In this document: in pieces, positions 63,256-64,000 of the stretch
Layout of the letters: the number at the start of each line of letters is the position of its first letter
Numbering within the stretch: the stretch's first letter is position 1
Source of the DNA: Folioceros fuciformis
Taxonomy: Eukaryota
Length of the DNA: 64,000 nt
Assembly: GCA_049999805.1 (NCBI GenBank)
Contig: JBNGIO010006337.1
Location: 117,457-181,456, forward strand
Direction: 5' to 3'
Notes under the pieces: generated by a model
Seen by the model: the letters and a program-made list of their open reading frames with translations, nothing else
Told to the model about the DNA's origin: nothing
Database searches by the model: none
Position numbers and translations under genes: made by a program

Positions 63256-64000
63256 TTAGTGAATTTGCAGTTGCTGTAGATGCTGGGAATTGGAGGACAA
63301 GGGATTGCTGGTGGCATCCGGGGTTTCATTCCCCACACCAGGATCGGTGCCGACGCGCAATGCACGAGCCGGGGTAGAAATTCCCTGCTCCTCGCGGGCG
63401 GGTCCGGGTGTCTGCTGCCGGGCAGGCAGGGAGGAAGGGGATGAGGATTCGCTGCGCCCCGGGGATGCGGTCCGTTGTTGAGGAGGTGAGAGAGGGCGCA
63501 TACGGGCTCCAGAATCGCTTGGACTGGAACCTCGCATGTCGATGTCATAGGGCGCCTTCCCACGTTGCCTGCAGTACACATCGCCAGGACTACAAACAGG
63601 TGAGTCAGTGTAGGCGTGGAGATGGCAAGCGCTGAGGAAGATAGACTGGGTGAAGCCTCACCTACCTCCCTTTTCGTTTCTCCAAAAAGCGAGCTAGTGA
63701 TTGCTTCCGAGCTTGTGGTAGTTCTGCTGAAGGAGGCACGCGTGAGGTGAGACCGGCGCTCAGGGTTTAGGCATAGTATTAGTCAATTAGGGGGGAGTTG
63801 AGGAGCTACCAGGAGTGAAAGGTCTGGCAGTGTGAGACATCCCTGAAGGAATTATCGGGGACGAGCTGAGCGCCGGGGCTGAGGAAGAGGAAGTCGCGAT
63901 AGTGAGGTTGGTGGGTACGGTCGGACTGGATGGGTTCGCTGGTGACATAGTGAACGTGCTCCCACTCGCAGCAAGCAGCATGATTGCACGCGCCTGCAAG
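63256..64000 (-). CDS. JAZ: JAZ (TIFY-family jasmonate repressor), 3' part; exons >64000-63810, 63726-63666, 63568-63256
   Basis: End of the ZIM domain (QARAIMLLAAS) at the window edge; spliced Jas motif AELPQARKQSLARFLEKRKGR|QRGKAPY with the intron at the conserved position. Confidence 0.92.

Overview
Gene-dense nuclear DNA of a seed-free land plant with a compact genome. Spliceosomal introns are mostly about 70-220 nt and there are three 100-N scaffold gaps. Hornwort or lycophyte is my inference and is not provable from the window. GC-rich gene blocks alternate with AT-rich islands of decayed transposon sequence (about 20.9-28.5 kb and 38.8-45.5 kb). Recognisable genes in order: ARM-repeat protein, FLIP/C1orf112-like, CCZ1, SCPL50-like carboxypeptidase, Tubby-like F-box, PKA catalytic subunit, EPSPS, EYA, PEX14, SAE1, HOL thiol/halide methyltransferase, class III peroxidase, SNAPc50/SRD2, P-class PPR, and the 3' part of a JAZ gene. 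The best finds are not visible in the ORF track: (1) an intact 12-exon, 347-aa cAMP-dependent protein kinase catalytic subunit gene in the AT-rich island, with one obligatory GC-AG intron; (2) a 27-bp fully paired MIR-like hairpin between FLIP and CCZ1; (3) a length-preserving 27-nt homopolymer replacing nine conserved codons in HOL; (4) a decayed PLS-class PPR fused in front of a P-class PPR; (5) a LINE remnant with an I/Tad1-style RNase H; (6) a JAZ Jas intron that gives an immediate stop if retained. All calls come from manual translation and motif recognition; no searches were run.
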